From Chiloscyllium plagiosum (lineage: Eukaryota), in assembly GCF_004010195.1 (NCBI RefSeq), contig NW_025215381.1, forward strand, positions 1,480,949 to 1,544,948: DNA of 64,000 nucleotides, in the 5' to 3' direction. Below, piece after piece: positions 25,060-37,500 of this stretch. The first letter of the stretch is position 1. Each line of letters starts with the position of its first letter. Under the pieces are notes generated by a model, which searched no databases, was not told the origin of the DNA, and was given only the letters and a program-made list of their open reading frames with translations. The position numbers were made by a program, and so were the translations under genes.

Positions 25060-26280
25060 ACGTGAGCTTCTAGCCTGTCCTTACAGCTCTCGCCCTCAAA
25101 TTCAGGCCGTATCCTGGTAAAACCTCTTCTGCACTCTCTCCAAAGCCTCCACATCCTTCCTGTAATGTGGTGACCAGAACTGAACACAATACTCTTAAGT
25201 GTGGCCTAACCAAAGTCTTATAAAGCTGCGACATGACATCATGACTCTTGTACTCAATTCCCCGTACACCTCCTTTACCACCTAACTACTTGTGTGGCCA
25301 CTTTCAAGGAGCTATGGACTTGAACCCCAAGATGCCTCTGTACATCAGTGCTGTTTAGGGGCCTGCCATTAACTTTTCTTGACATTTGATTTTCTTTGAT
25401 ATTTGATCTCCCAAAGTATAGCACCTCAAGCTTACCCAGGTTAAACTCTGTCTGCCATTTCTCTGCTCATATTTGCAACTGATCTATGTCCTGCTGTATC
25501 CTTTGACAACCTTCTGCACTAAACACAACTCCACTGAAACAGCAGATCCCTGTGGAACACCACTGGTCACTGACTTTCAGTCAAAAAAAAACACCCTTCC
25601 ACCACTACCTTCAGCCTTTCCTGTTTTCGTAAACTGTCCTGAATAGGCTTCATCAAATCTTCCTCGGAACCACATCTGGCTATCCCAGTTTATATGTAGG
25701 TCAGAGTCACCCATGATTAATGTGTTGCCTTTTTTTCATGCCCTCATTATCACCTAATTTATCCATGCAGCTATTGAAAGGGAGGACATGTGTACTAATT
25801 CTACTGATCTCGTAATCTTTGTGTTTCTTAGTTTCATCCATTTGGGTTCTGCATCTTCTGATCCAAGATCATTTCTTGTTCTCATACTTATTTCTTCATA
25901 CACGGACAAAGATGCCCCACCGCCCTTTCCATCCTGCCTGTCTTTTGGAAAAGCCGCATACCCCTGAATATTTAATTTGAGCTTTGATTCCCCGTAACCA
26001 TGTCTCTACAATTCCTATTCAGTATCTGTTCATTTATTTTGTCACAAATATCTCGTTCAAGTAAAGAGCAATTCATTTTACCTTTTTACTAATTTTCTCC
26101 CTTGACCCAATCTATTGCTGATTTTCTGCGTTTGTGTGCTGTGTGCTTTCCTGTCTGCCCCACTATGGTTGTCATTATTCAAAGAGCCACCTTGAAATGC
26201 TGCCATATCCCCTTGCTTTGTGAGTTTACGTTTTCCCCTCTCCTAAACCCTCCCCTCAGTGATTAGTTTAAAGCCCACTC
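25060..26280 (-). mobile_element. Decayed CR1-type ORF2 fragments (3' region, then endonuclease region)
   Basis: Reverse complements of tctggtcaccacattacaggaaggatgtggag and gtgttccacagggatc; weaker similarity beyond 25620. Confidence 0.65.
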
Positions 26281-26812
26281 TGTGCGGAAGCAGCTCCTTT
26301 TGTTACTACAGAGGCTGCATTTCAAAAAGCACTTTGTTAGCTGTCAAGCACTTTGGGGCATCTGGTGGTGTTGAAACATTCTCTGTAAATGCGTGCCTGT
26401 CTTTGGTTGCTTCTTTCCTCATAGTTTGCAGGGTTTTTATTTGGTCAGCTTTCAAAGAGCAGGATGAGATTGTGGAATCTGATTCACTGTGCAAAGCCTC
26501 CCGTACTCCTGCCAATGCTGAATGCACAGGACTGTGGCAAGAACCTTTGGACAGCAAGGATAATATCGCAAGAGTCATTTTATTCCTACACTCTGATTAT
26601 CATCACTGGGAGCTTTTGTACTGGATTAGATACAATCTCTAACACAGCCACTTGGTCTGTCTATTCCGTTCTGCCATGCACACGCTCCTCCCATCCACCT
26701 CATTCTCCATCCCCTATTAGTGTATCCTCCTGTTCCTCCCTCCATCATGTGTTTTACCAGCTCTCCCCTTTGAGTGTATTTGTTGTCCCATACCTCGCCC
26801 CCCCCCCCCCAA

Positions 26813-27136
26813 TGAAGCAAACCTGAGAGATACAGTATAGTTTTACCACCTCCATCTTTATTCTGAGCCCTGGAGGGAGAGACCACGATCGCCCATGTGC
26901 ACAGAGACATGCGCGCTCAGTCTTCTCTATATAGTCAGCTTACAGGGAGGAGTATCCAGATAAGGCAACATTCATATTAATTGGGTGACTGTTACAATAG
27001 CAGAGACCAAGCCCTTTACTATTATACAATGAATGTCCTTAACCTTGTAAACCAGCTTCACATAATGAATACCTTTCGTCTTGTTAGCTGACCTTGCATA
27101 CTGAATGCTTCCAATATTGTTAAATGACTCTACACA
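26813..27136 (-). mobile_element. Probable solo LTR
   Basis: TG...CA ends; minus-strand TATA (ctatatag ~26927) followed ~70 nt later by AATAAA (ctttatt 26856-26862); caatga repeated at both junctions. Confidence 0.45.
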
Positions 27137-29399
27137 ATGACTGCATTTCCACCTTGTTAACCCATTACCCTTGCCTCCAGCTCCCCATTGTTAACTGAGT
27201 TCTCATCTGATCCGAGTCCTGCTCAGCTGAACCTCTTATTTCCCAAAACTCAGAACTTAACTCTTTCCCTGCCTGCTCATACCCTGTAAGCATTCTCATT
27301 CACTCCTTTTATCATTTCACGATAACCACCGAGATGGCACTAAACCACTTTCATCAGACTCTGACAGCCAGCATTTAACCAAGTTATTGACACACCGCAT
27401 ACAATGTTTAGAACCAAAAATTACTAGTCCATTACAGTAATTAGAGTTTGAAGAATCCTCCCATGTGGAAAAAAATTCACCAGTAAAGTTCTTAAATCCA
27501 CAGTCCTTAAGTGAGCACTCCATCCCCTCCAAGTTGAGTGGAAATGAGCCAATTCTCCAAAATCTTCTTCAGTAAAGTCCAACCTGAAAACAAAATTCAG
27601 TCTGTTCTTGTATCACTCCTGAGAGAAGTTTGATTTTTTGGATAAGGGCAGTTAAATACTTAAAGCTGAAGAGACTGCCATCCTTGCGGAGAAGCTTCAG
27701 ATGGAGGATACCAGCACACCTAAGTGTTGTAGTGCAGCAGCTGCAGCAGCAGGCTAGGGGAATGCAGCATCCTTTGCTGTGTCTGCTCCCATTCTGCAGT
27801 CAAATGTAACAAAGCCACTGGCTGTTGTGTTGATGTTAACTTGATCAGTGAACCTTCATATCCCTTAAGTGACCAAAAGACAAGGTAAAGCTCACGTGGT
27901 TTAATGTCTGTAGGATGACCACTGACAAAGCGTACTGACCTCATCATCATTACTATTCTTCACATTTTGTGTTCGTGACTTGGGAGCTGTTGGAATCCGT
28001 TGGATCAGGCTGTGGAGGGGTGGGTGGTGGTCCGAAGATGTGCTTTACCTGTGAATGGAGACTATGTTAGCTCCTGGAAGTATCTTTGCATTTCGTGTCT
28101 CATTTAGATCTGAGTCATGCTCAGCTGAACCTCTTGTTTTACAAAACTCAGAACTGAACTCTTTTCCTGCCAGCTTATACCCTATACACATTCTCATATT
28201 GATACCATTCTCCTTACCCACTCTCTGTAGGGGCAAGCCCCACATTTCCCCCTCCCCCCCAGCTTTCTGGATGAAGGCCTAAGTCCTGAATTCCTGAAGG
28301 GATTTATGCCGTGCTGTCTGAGAATGATGAGCCTGAGTTCTGGTCAACCCCACAAGTGAAACCATATTTCTCTGTGTGCACCGTTTTGATTCTTCTCCAC
28401 TATGTAAAGACTGTGATCAGGTCTAACCAACATTCCCATCCTAATGGTCCCATACCACCTCTATGGACGGGAAAGGGCACCAGCCTCTTCAGTCTTTCCT
28501 GATAATGTTTGACTTTTGTGATCTTTTTCAAAATAACAACAGTTTAAGTTATGAAAGAGGGGCCGTTTATATCATGATTTTAGATATTGAGACCCCCTGA
28601 CCGGCCAAGCAAATGTTTTTATGTGTTCACACAAAGTAGGGGAGTGAAGGTTTGTGTGTCTGCTGGCTAGGCTGGTATTTATTGACATCCAGTTGAGAGT
28701 CAACAGCATTGCTGTCTGGAGTCACATGTGGGTAGGACCAGTTAAGGACAGATTTCCTTCTCCAGAGGGCATTAGTGAACCTTTTGGGGTTTTCACAGTA
28801 ATGAGCTGTGCTTATTTGGTTGCCAGTAAGAATGGCGTTTTGCTGAATTCCTGGCATGGTGGGATTCAAACCCATGTCCCCAGTACGTCAGCCTGAGTCT
28901 CTGGCTTACTAATCCAGTGACATTACCACTACACCCCCTACATTGCTCTGGATGTGCATGGGAAAGGGTGGGTGTTGTGGACAAGACTGATGACCAGTGT
29001 TGTGGAATGAAGGAATAAAGCATTTCTGGGCTGGTGCAGAGGGTTGAGATGGTCTGCATCAAACCCTTCCTGCACTGGTTCTCCATGAGGACTTTTATCC
29101 ACAGTGGTGAATAGAATAGGAGGTTACTTATAAGAGCAGGGTTAACAAAGCATTTGTGTGAGATGCTGAATGTAAGGGATTCAATAGGGTTAATATTGAC
29201 TGTGTTTTGACAAGGCAGAAAGAGTGCAGAGGTCAGAACCTTAAACCATGATCTCAGCTGTACAGTACTGATGTCAGGAAGCACATCAATGAAGATTTGG
29301 AACACTTCCGCCCCCCCCCCCCCCAAAAAAAAAGCTGGGATTCAGTATCTATGGGAGTTTTAAAATACAGTGACCTAAATCATTGACGAGTTGCTTAAA

Positions 29400-30660
29400 C
29401 GAAGGATTTAGCACAGTGGCTAAATTTGCACTTGCCCACAGATAGGTAAGTATATTATGCAGAGGACCTAAGGGTTCAGGTGGATACAGATAAGTTGAGT
29501 GAATGGGCAAAATACGGCAGATGAGTGTAATGTGGGAAGAAGTGAAAATATTCGCTTTGACAGGAAGAATGAGAAAGCGCAGAGTATTATTTGAATGGAG
29601 ACCAACTGCAGAACTTTGACATGCAAAGGGATTCAACCATTTGAGTCCCAAAAGGAGAGTGTACAGGTTACAGCAGGTGATTAAGGTGAGAGAATCTTTT
29701 ACTACAAGAGGAGTGCAACATCAAAGTGACGACGTTGTGCTTCAGCTATACACATTATTGGTGACACTCCGTATTGAATACTGTGTACAGTTTTGGTCTT
29801 TTTATTAAGGAAGAATGTAGATACCTATGATGTTATTCAGGAGGTCCACTAAATCGATGCCTGGAGTGGGTTGTCTTATGAGGAAAGATTGGACAGACTG
29901 GGCTGCTTTCCACTGGAGTTTAGAAGAGTGAAGAATGAATTGATTGGAGGGTATCAGATCCAGAATGTTCTTATACTCTTATGACCGGGGTGGCACGGTG
30001 ACCCGATGGTTAGCACTGCTGCCTCCCCGCGCCAGGGACCCGGGTTTGATTCCAGCCTCAGGTGACTGACTGTGTGGAGTTTGCACATTCTCCCCGTGTC
30101 TGCGTGGGTTTCCTCTGGATGCTCCGGTTTCCACCCACAGTCCAAAGATGTGCTGGTTAGGGTGGATTGGCCACACTAAATTGCCCATTGTGTTAGGTAC
30201 ATTAGTCAGAGGGAAATGGGTCTGGGTGTGTTACTCTTTGGAGGGTTGGTGTGGACTTGTTGGGCTGAAGGGCCTGTTTCCACACTGTAGGGAATCTAAA
30301 AATCTAAAAAAAATCTTGACAAAGTGGATGTGGGAAAGACGTTTCCTCTTGTGTGAGAATCCAGAGTTGAGGGGCATGGTTTAAAGTTCAGGGGTCACCC
30401 TTTCCCGAACCCTATCGCAGGATAGTGATGCGAATTATTCCTCCTGGCAGGTTGTGCAACTTGGGAACTGTAACTCAGGAGGTGGTGAAGGTGGGCCATT
30501 GAATATTTTAAAGTCAGAGATAAATGGATTCATGTTGTCGGGGGAGTTGAGGGCAGTGCGGAATGTGGAATTTGAAGCACAAACAGATTAGCAATGATCT
30601 AATTGAATGGAGAAGCAGGCTCGAGGGGCTGAATGGTCTGCTTCTGCTATCTCGTTGGTT
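29400..30660 (+). mobile_element. Old CR1 fragment with nested HE1 SINE (29987-30312, +)
   Basis: Decayed RT C-terminal and 3' motifs on both sides of an intact SINE. Confidence 0.8.
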
Positions 30661-30883
30661 CTTTGAGCAGAATTTTATTCCGTCCACAGAGCGAACTCGG
30701 CCTTGTTCTCATTCAATGACAGAATGAACTGAATGGCCTCTTCCAGTTCCAGTTGGGTTTGAGGGTCTGAGAGGCCCACTGGCTTTTCCATGGTCACATT
30801 CTCTCCTCTGGCTGGCTGTGTGCTGCTCTGATCCTCATCCCGCAAAGCCCCTACTCTCTTTTAAACTGCGCAGAGTATAATAT

Positions 30884-31658
30884 GTTTCTCACACGAGGGC
30901 CTGAGAACTCACCGCTCGACTGTGCGGTGAAAGGTGAAAGGGAACAGTGCAGGCCACCAGTGTGAGATCAAAGAGAGTGCGAGACCGATAACTGTCTGCA
31001 CAGTAGCTCACTCTGTAAGCGGCAGTGATTGAGGAGTTCCTGGGCTGTGAACTTCTCCAATATTTAACTATGCAGCTCCTTTTGGTGCATCTCGTGCCTC
31101 TGAGTAGCAGAATGTCTGGGCTTTCACCATCAATGCTTGGCTATGTGGGAAGACTTGAGACCCACATAAGCTGCTAGTGAGGAGTTAATTATCAAACATC
31201 CTCAAACATATGATCTGACTAAACCACAATAAAACTCAGCCCAGCAGCACTGATTCATGTTAAAGCTCACCTTTATTGCTACAGAGTATAATTGTCCATT
31301 AACCATTTACTCCTGAGGGTGTAATGAATGCTGCACAGTGCATACTTATTGCTCGATGAAAGGTCTGAGTGTTTACCTGACTGGCTCCCTTCAATGTTGA
31401 CTAGTCACACTGGAGCACGCTCTCTACTTCACTACCTGCTTCAACTGTTTCATCTCAGGAAGCTGAAATATTCCCTCATTCCCAAATTCAATAGTAATTA
31501 AAGGCAATGATTGGCACCAGTTGAAAGCACTTTGATTTCCTGAACCATCTTTCTATAACCTCCATTCTCACTGGTGGCCTGCACTGTTCCCTTTCACCTT
31601 TCACCTTGATTTCACCGCACAGTCGAGCAGTGAGTTCTCAGGCCCTCGTGTGAGAAAC
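30884..31658. repeat. Inverted repeat, arms 30884-30962 and 31569-31658
   Basis: Right arm is the reverse complement of the left arm, with one substitution and a ~10-nt insertion. Confidence 0.92.
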
Positions 31659-32382
31659 CTCACTGTTGGGCCTTCGGAGAGAAACTGCATTCAAAATCTT
31701 TTTTTTTCCCAAAAGCAACCACAGTTTGTACAGAAATCTTTTCAGACAGTGTCTGCTTTGAAGGCTCTTGAGTTAACTTCTGATGGGCTGTATTAATCTC
31801 TGTAGTCAATCACTTGCGTTTATGAAGTCCCCTTAGCAAGATCCCCTCAGAGCTGCGCATCAACCTGAAATATATCACAGTTCCTTTGGTGGTGTTAAGT
31901 CAAAATCCTTCCCTAATAGCACTGTGGGTGTCTTTGCCCTCCAAGGATTATAGCAGTTCCAGCACACAGCTCCCCCCACCACTACCTTCACAGGGTGATT
32001 AGGGATGGGTAATAAATATTGGCTCAGCCTGCAGCACCCACATCCGTGAATGATTAAATAAAAATGAACAAAGTCAGTCCTCCCAAAGTACTTCAAAGTA
32101 TTGAGGAAAACCTGACACTGAACCATAAGAGATATTAGGGGCTGATAAGATTAGTCAAAGTGGTAGTTTTTAAGAAGCTTGAAAGAGGGGAGACAGAGGT
32201 GTTTAGGAAGGCAGTTCAAGAGCTTAGAGTGCAGAAGCTGAAGGCTTAGTGGTTGAATGAACAAACATCAGTGTTGATGTGGACAACATTTGAGGAGCAT
32301 GGAGCCCTTGGAAAGTTGTAGATGAGAGGCTTATACTCCTGAAGAATCTGACTTGAATGTCGCCTCTTTCTATTTGATAATA

Positions 32383-32855
32383 GTTAAAAATCTCACAACA
32401 CCAGGTCATAGTCCAACAGGTTTATTTGGTAGTACAAGCTTTCAGAGCACTGCTCCTTCATCAGGGGGTAGGATCATAGGACGCAGAATTTGTAGCAAAC
32501 GATCATAGTGTGATGCAACTGATGCAATATATTGAACAAACCATGATTGCTGTTAAGTCTCTCATCTTTTAGAATTTGTAAATCCCACAACTTCCTTCAA
32601 GTCACAGTCTCAATGTAACTTAAAGTTTTATTAAAATAAAGTGACCTATCAGCTGAGACAATGCATTAAAGGTGTGAGGTTAGAGTCTGCCTGTATTCCA
32701 ATCTTGAGTCAGACTGGTTCTGTTTCCAAAGTAGGAATTTATAAAATGTCGCATGGATTATAAAAAATATTGACTGCCTGCAGATTGTGTGCTCTTTGAA
32801 CAAAATAGAATGTATCTGCACGTACAATTCTGCAAATGCAAGCTCACCCCAGAGA

Positions 32856-32858
<3 letters not shown>
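32383..32858 (-). mobile_element. PLE-type family-B fragment with hammerhead core at 32436-32464 (-)
   Basis: Minus strand reads CUGAUGA-A-GGAGC(AGU)GCUCU-GAA-AGCU-U, then aataaacctgttggactatgacctggtgttgtgag. Confidence 0.7.
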
Positions 32859-32923
<65 letters not shown>

Positions 32924-32980
32924 CGCACATGTGAGGGCGGGAGTGTGCGCGTGTGTGTGCGCGCACGCGGCCACGCACAC
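32859..32980. repeat. (GT)n/(GC)n microsatellite
   Basis: About 28 GT units followed directly by GC repeats. Confidence 0.97.
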
Positions 32981-33399
32981 TCGTGAGGGAAGGAGAGACT
33001 GGGTGTGTGTGTGTGAGAGAGAGGAGGGGGGGGGGGTGCCTAGGCAATAGTATTGTCTGTGCCCTGGCTGCTACATTGGTACAGTTTATCCTGCCCTTTG
33101 TGATGTGTTGCAGACATGAGGTGAGTGCTGCTTGCTGTCTGTACACTGCTACCATAGTATATGCTCATATTCTGGTTCAGCAGTCTCACCTGACCAGCAT
33201 CATCTCTGGAGTTATTTACTCATTTCTATTGCCCCTCTTCCTCCAAGTCCAGTTTGTGATGTGACTGCTTCTGAAAAACTCTCCCGCAAAATAATATCAT
33301 CTTCCTTCTAGAATCCTGTCGATCCATTACCTCCACAGCACTGTAGGCTTTCTCCTGGTGGGCTGGAGCCAGTGTTTATCCCTCAACGACTACCAGGTC

Positions 33400-33994
33400 T
33401 CAGAGTATTGAGTACAGGAGTTGGGAGGTCATGTTGCGGATGTACTGGACATTGGTTAGGCCATTTTCGGAATATTGCATGTAATTCTGGTCTCCCTCCA
33501 ATTGGAAGGATGTTGTGAAACATGGAAGGGTTCAGAAAAGATTTACAAGGATGTTGCCAGGGTTGGAGGATCTGAGCTATAGGGAGAGGCTGAACAGGCT
33601 GGGGCTGTTTTCCCTGGAGCGTCGGAGGCTGAGGGGTGACCTTATAGAGGTTTACAAAATTATGAGGGGCATGGATAGGATAAATAGACAAAGTCTTTTC
33701 CCTGGGGTCAGGGAGTACAGAACTAGAGGGCATAGGTTTAGGGTGAGAGGGGAAAGATATAACTTTTTCACACAGAGGGTGGTACGTGTATGGAATGAGC
33801 TGCCAGAGGATGTGGTGGAGGCTGGTACAATTGCAACATTTAAGAGGCATTTGGATGGGTATATGAATAGGAAGGGTTTGGAGGGATATGGGCCGGGTGC
33901 TGGCAGGTGGGACTAGATTGGGTTGGGATATCTGGTCGGCATGGACAGGTTGGACCGAAGGGTCTGTTTCTGTGCTGTACATCTCTGTGACTCT
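33400..33994 (+). mobile_element. Young CR1/HER1 3' end
   Basis: ORF 33515-33916 (QKRFTRMLPGLEDLSYRERLNRLGLFSLERRRLRGDL...) plus the family tail. Confidence 0.93.
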
Positions 33995-34088
33995 AGGTCA
34001 TTAGTGTATTGTTATTCATTGTATCTTGCTGTGGACAAATTGCGCACTAAAGTTTCTACTTTACAACGGTAGCTGCACTTTGAAAGTG

Positions 34089-34295
34089 CAGTCGGTTTTC
34101 CTGTAATGTGTTCCCTGAACGCAAATTGGCTTTAACGTGATTGAAGATTTTAAACCGTTACTTGTAGAACGCAAACTTATCTTACCCATATTGGCTGTAA
34201 CACAATTCCAACCCCATTAGTTTAAATGGCACAGCTATTGCCCGATTTTCTTATAACACGAGAGCGGAACTATCGAGTTACGTCAGAACCGACTG
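34089..34295. mobile_element. Small non-autonomous DNA transposon (MITE), Tc1/mariner-pogo-like ends
   Basis: Terminal inverted repeats cagtcggtt ... aaccgactg, tg on both flanks; interrupts a Deu-SINE tail. Confidence 0.6.
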
Positions 34296-34596
34296 TGTTT
34301 AGTTGGTTGTGAAGGATGTTGAAATCTCCCGAGGTGGTGGTTTAACGATGTCCTTTTGTCCCCCCGGTGTTGTAATCTAAGGGCACCACACTGGCTTGCT
34401 TTCTTTCAGTTTTCCTGAAGAGACCACTCTTTCCGCTTGAGTGCTGACAAATCATTTGACTTTGGGAGCATCGCAGTGGAACTGAAATCACTTTTCACCT
34501 TGAATCACTCGATAGCGATGAGGAGCTACAACCCCAGATATGTGTGTCAGTGTCTGTAACTTTCTATTTTTTTTTTCTCCTTTTATTCCTATGCAG

Positions 34597-34712
34597 GTGT
34601 GTCGGCAGATTTGGCTAGGCCTGTTTGATTCCCGATCATCAGTTATACCAGATTACAGGGATCCGCAAAAAATCAAGGAGTTCCTACAGGATAAATACGA
34701 GAAAAAGAAGTG
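34597..34712 (+). CDS. agfg2: AGFG2-like exon 3: VCRQIWLGLFDSRSSVIPDYRDPQKIKEFLQDKYEKKKW (end of ArfGAP domain)
   Basis: Long T tract + atgcag|G acceptor and TG|gtgagt donor; 116 nt, phase 0 to 2. Not in the ORF track; translated by hand. Confidence 0.95.
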
Positions 34713-35172
34713 GTGAGTAATCATGTGTCATATTGCTTCTGCAGTGGATCAAGGGTCGAGGATTATGAGGGAAAGGCAGGAAGCTTATCAGTGATGATCT
34801 CATTTAATGGCAGAGTAAACGTGATGGGCTGAATGGCCGCCTCCTGCTCCTCGGTTTTCTGGGGTCTTTTGATCTGCTGAGGACCATTTGGATAACTCCA
34901 GTTCCTAATGCCCTTAGCCAATCCTCTTGCTGCTGTGTGATTTCGTAGCAGGTTGTATAAGGTGTGGTTGTGAAGTAGCACCAGGAAACGCAACTCAAGC
35001 ATATACCCACACCCCCATCCCCACTAATTTCTATCACCGTGGTCATGTAACTAATTAATCATCTGGAGATTTGTGCTAATGTTCTGAGTTCATGGGTTTG
35101 AATCCTACTGTGGCAGATAGTGAAATTTGAATTCATTACAATGCTGGAATAAAAAGCTAGTCTAATGATAAC

Positions 35173-35416
35173 GTGACTGTGTGGAGTTTGCACATTCTCC
35201 CCGTGTCTGCGTGGGTTTCCTCCGGGTGCTCCGGTTTCCTCCCACAGTCCAAAGATGTGCGGGTCAGGTGAATTGGCCATGCTAAATTGCCCGTAGTGAT
35301 AGGTTAAAGGGGTAAAGGTAGGGGTATGGGTGGGTTGCGCTTCGGCGGGTCGGTGTGGACTTGTTGGGCCGAAGGGCCTGTTTCCACACTGTAAGTAATC
35401 TAATCTAATCTAAAAA
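35173..35416 (+). mobile_element. 5'-truncated young HE1 SINE inside an older SINE
   Basis: Near-identical to 7075-7300; ends in (taatc)n. Confidence 0.9.
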
Positions 35417-36157
35417 AGTAACCACTATCAGTTGTTATAAAAATCCGTCTGAGTCATTCTGGGAAGGAAATGACTTATGTTTACCTGATCTGGGCCTACC
35501 TGTGACTCCAGACCCACAGCAATGTGGTTGACTTGTAATTGCCACCTGGGCAATTAGGAATGAGCAGTAAGTGCTGATTTAGCCATTCACATCCATGAAC
35601 GAATTTTTTTAAAAAATTCCCACAGAGTGTATTTTACACCGAAATATGGAGTCCTGTGAGGTCTCTAGTACTCTGACCAACTTTGGGCAAGTTCAGATTG
35701 CTATTTGACAACAGTGATTATTACAAGCAAGTCAGATTCCATGCTCTTCCGTTTGGACTAGTCATGTGCCGACTTGCCAGTGACAGTCAAATGTAAAGAC
35801 TGGGAATTAGAAACAGAAACTGGCATTGATTCCTCCCCACATGGGAAGGCTTGGCTGCAAGGCTGGCAAATTTAATACTTGATTACCTGCAGTGTAGTGA
35901 AGTCAAGGGCATAGTGTGATCCAGCATTATATTGATGGGGATTGCAGGGTCTGCTTATGAAAGTCCTGTTGTCTTATCAATTTTGTAATTACTTTTTTAA
36001 AAAAAAAAGAAGTGATGTGACAAATTTGGAATTGCTGACTGAATGGCCAGTGGAACACGTGAAATGGACTGTAACATGGTAAGGTTAGTATGTTTTAGCT
36101 TCAAGGGCAGACTATGTGTGCTGTTCTTGTTGAACTTACTGTGGTCTTTACTTGCAG

Positions 36158-36308
36158 GTATGTTCCTCCAGACCGGGTAAAAGTATCTGCTGCCACGTCA
36201 GCTACGACGTCCCTTAGCAGCAGGAGTAGCACACCTGACGTCAAACCGCTGAAGACCCTCATGGGAGATTCAACTCCAGCCCTGAGCGTCACCAAAAGTG
36301 CTGCGCAG
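36158..36308 (+). CDS. agfg2: AGFG2-like exon 4: (W)YVPPDRVKVSAATSATTSLSSRSSTPDVKPLKTLMGDSTPALSVTKSAAQ
   Basis: ttgcag|G acceptor and CAG|gtaaca donor; 151 nt, phase 2 to 0. Contains YVPP and STP-x-VKPLK-x-L-x-GD family motifs. Confidence 0.93.
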
Positions 36309-37124
36309 GTAACAAGGCAGTGGGAGCGCTGCATGTTTCCTAATTCGGGAGTAACAACAGACACCTGCATTTATAAAGAGCCTCGAGTGAACTAAGGCAC
36401 TCCATTTTTAATCAAATTTGGCCCCAAGCCACTGAGAAAGGTATTAGGGACAAGTGACAGAAGGCTTGGTCGGAGAGTCGTGTTAGAGTTGGAGAGCGAG
36501 TTGAAGCAGTTTAGGGAGAGAATTCCAGAGCTCCGGCCCAGGCAGCTGCAAATGATGGAGTGATGGGAATCAGAGGATGCTCAAGGGGCTGGAATTGGGG
36601 ACAGCGAAGAGATCTCGGAGGTGTTTCAAGCCTGGGGGATGGGGGGAATATGTTGCTGAAGGATGGCACAGAGATGGGGAGGGGTGTTGGGTCTGAAGGA
36701 GGGAGAGTGGTGACGAATGTGAGCACAGAAGCATTTGCAAACAATTTTACAAATGAGAATTTTAAGAGCTTTCCCGTTCTCCTGAAATGCGGTCACCTTG
36801 CTGGAAAAACATTCCTTGTGCTCTGGCAAACCTCCAGCTCCTTGATGTATGGCTGTTCTGGATAAGTAAACATAATGTCAGCTGGCTGTTTGACTATAAA
36901 GGCTACAACAGCTCCTCTCAATCCCATCCTTACTGGTGTAGCAGCGTCCATTCTCGTAACTGTACGAGATGCCCTGGGACGGTGAGGTTGGCCAGTACTA
37001 TAGATTGTGTGTGGTATGTCCTGCTTTGTATGAAGCACCACTGCAGTTTTGTTCTTCTTCATTCCTCTCACCGTCCTTCAGGAATTGAGAAAATATGGAC
37101 AGGTTTAATATACACAAGCATGTG

Positions 37125-37500
37125 CTCATTCAGTAACTCTCGGTTTGGAGTCAGAAGGTGGTAGATGCAAGCCCAACCCAGAGTTGTCAGATCGATAAGT
37201 GGCGCTGACTCTCCAGTACAGTTGGAGGGCTACCCTGCTGAAAGTGCTGTCATTCGGATGAAACATTTGGATAAAGGCCCTCTTGGCAGGCTGCCTTAGA
37301 TCCCAGGGCCATCACTGGGAGAAAAGCACAAGTTTTCATTTCGGTACTCTGGACCAGTATTCAACCCTCAAACAGCTCTGGTCATTATTTTATTCTGTGG
37401 GATCTTCCTGTGTGCAGATTTGCAGCTGGGAATGCTGCTATTGGCTGTGAACTGCTTCCAGGCATCCTGAGGTGCTGAAAGTTGCTCTAGAAATGCAAGT
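37125..37500 (+). mobile_element. Deu-domain SINE (SacSINE1-like), decayed; related copies near 9405-9870, 33996-34340 and 38075-38240
   Basis: tagatccca..., ctggtcattat...tgtgggatctt.ctgtgtgcagatt and attggctgtgaa...tcctgaggt..tgaaag..gct.ta.aaatgcaagt; family recognised from memory. Confidence 0.6.

Noticed and set aside
32666..33264. His/Thr- or Cys/Val-repeat ORFs
   Set aside because: Translations of the (GT)n microsatellite.
33383..33982. Repeated 'MYSTETDPSVQPVHADQ...' ORF family (also 24359, 44411, 56750)
   Set aside because: Antisense frame of the young CR1 3' end, not a gene family.
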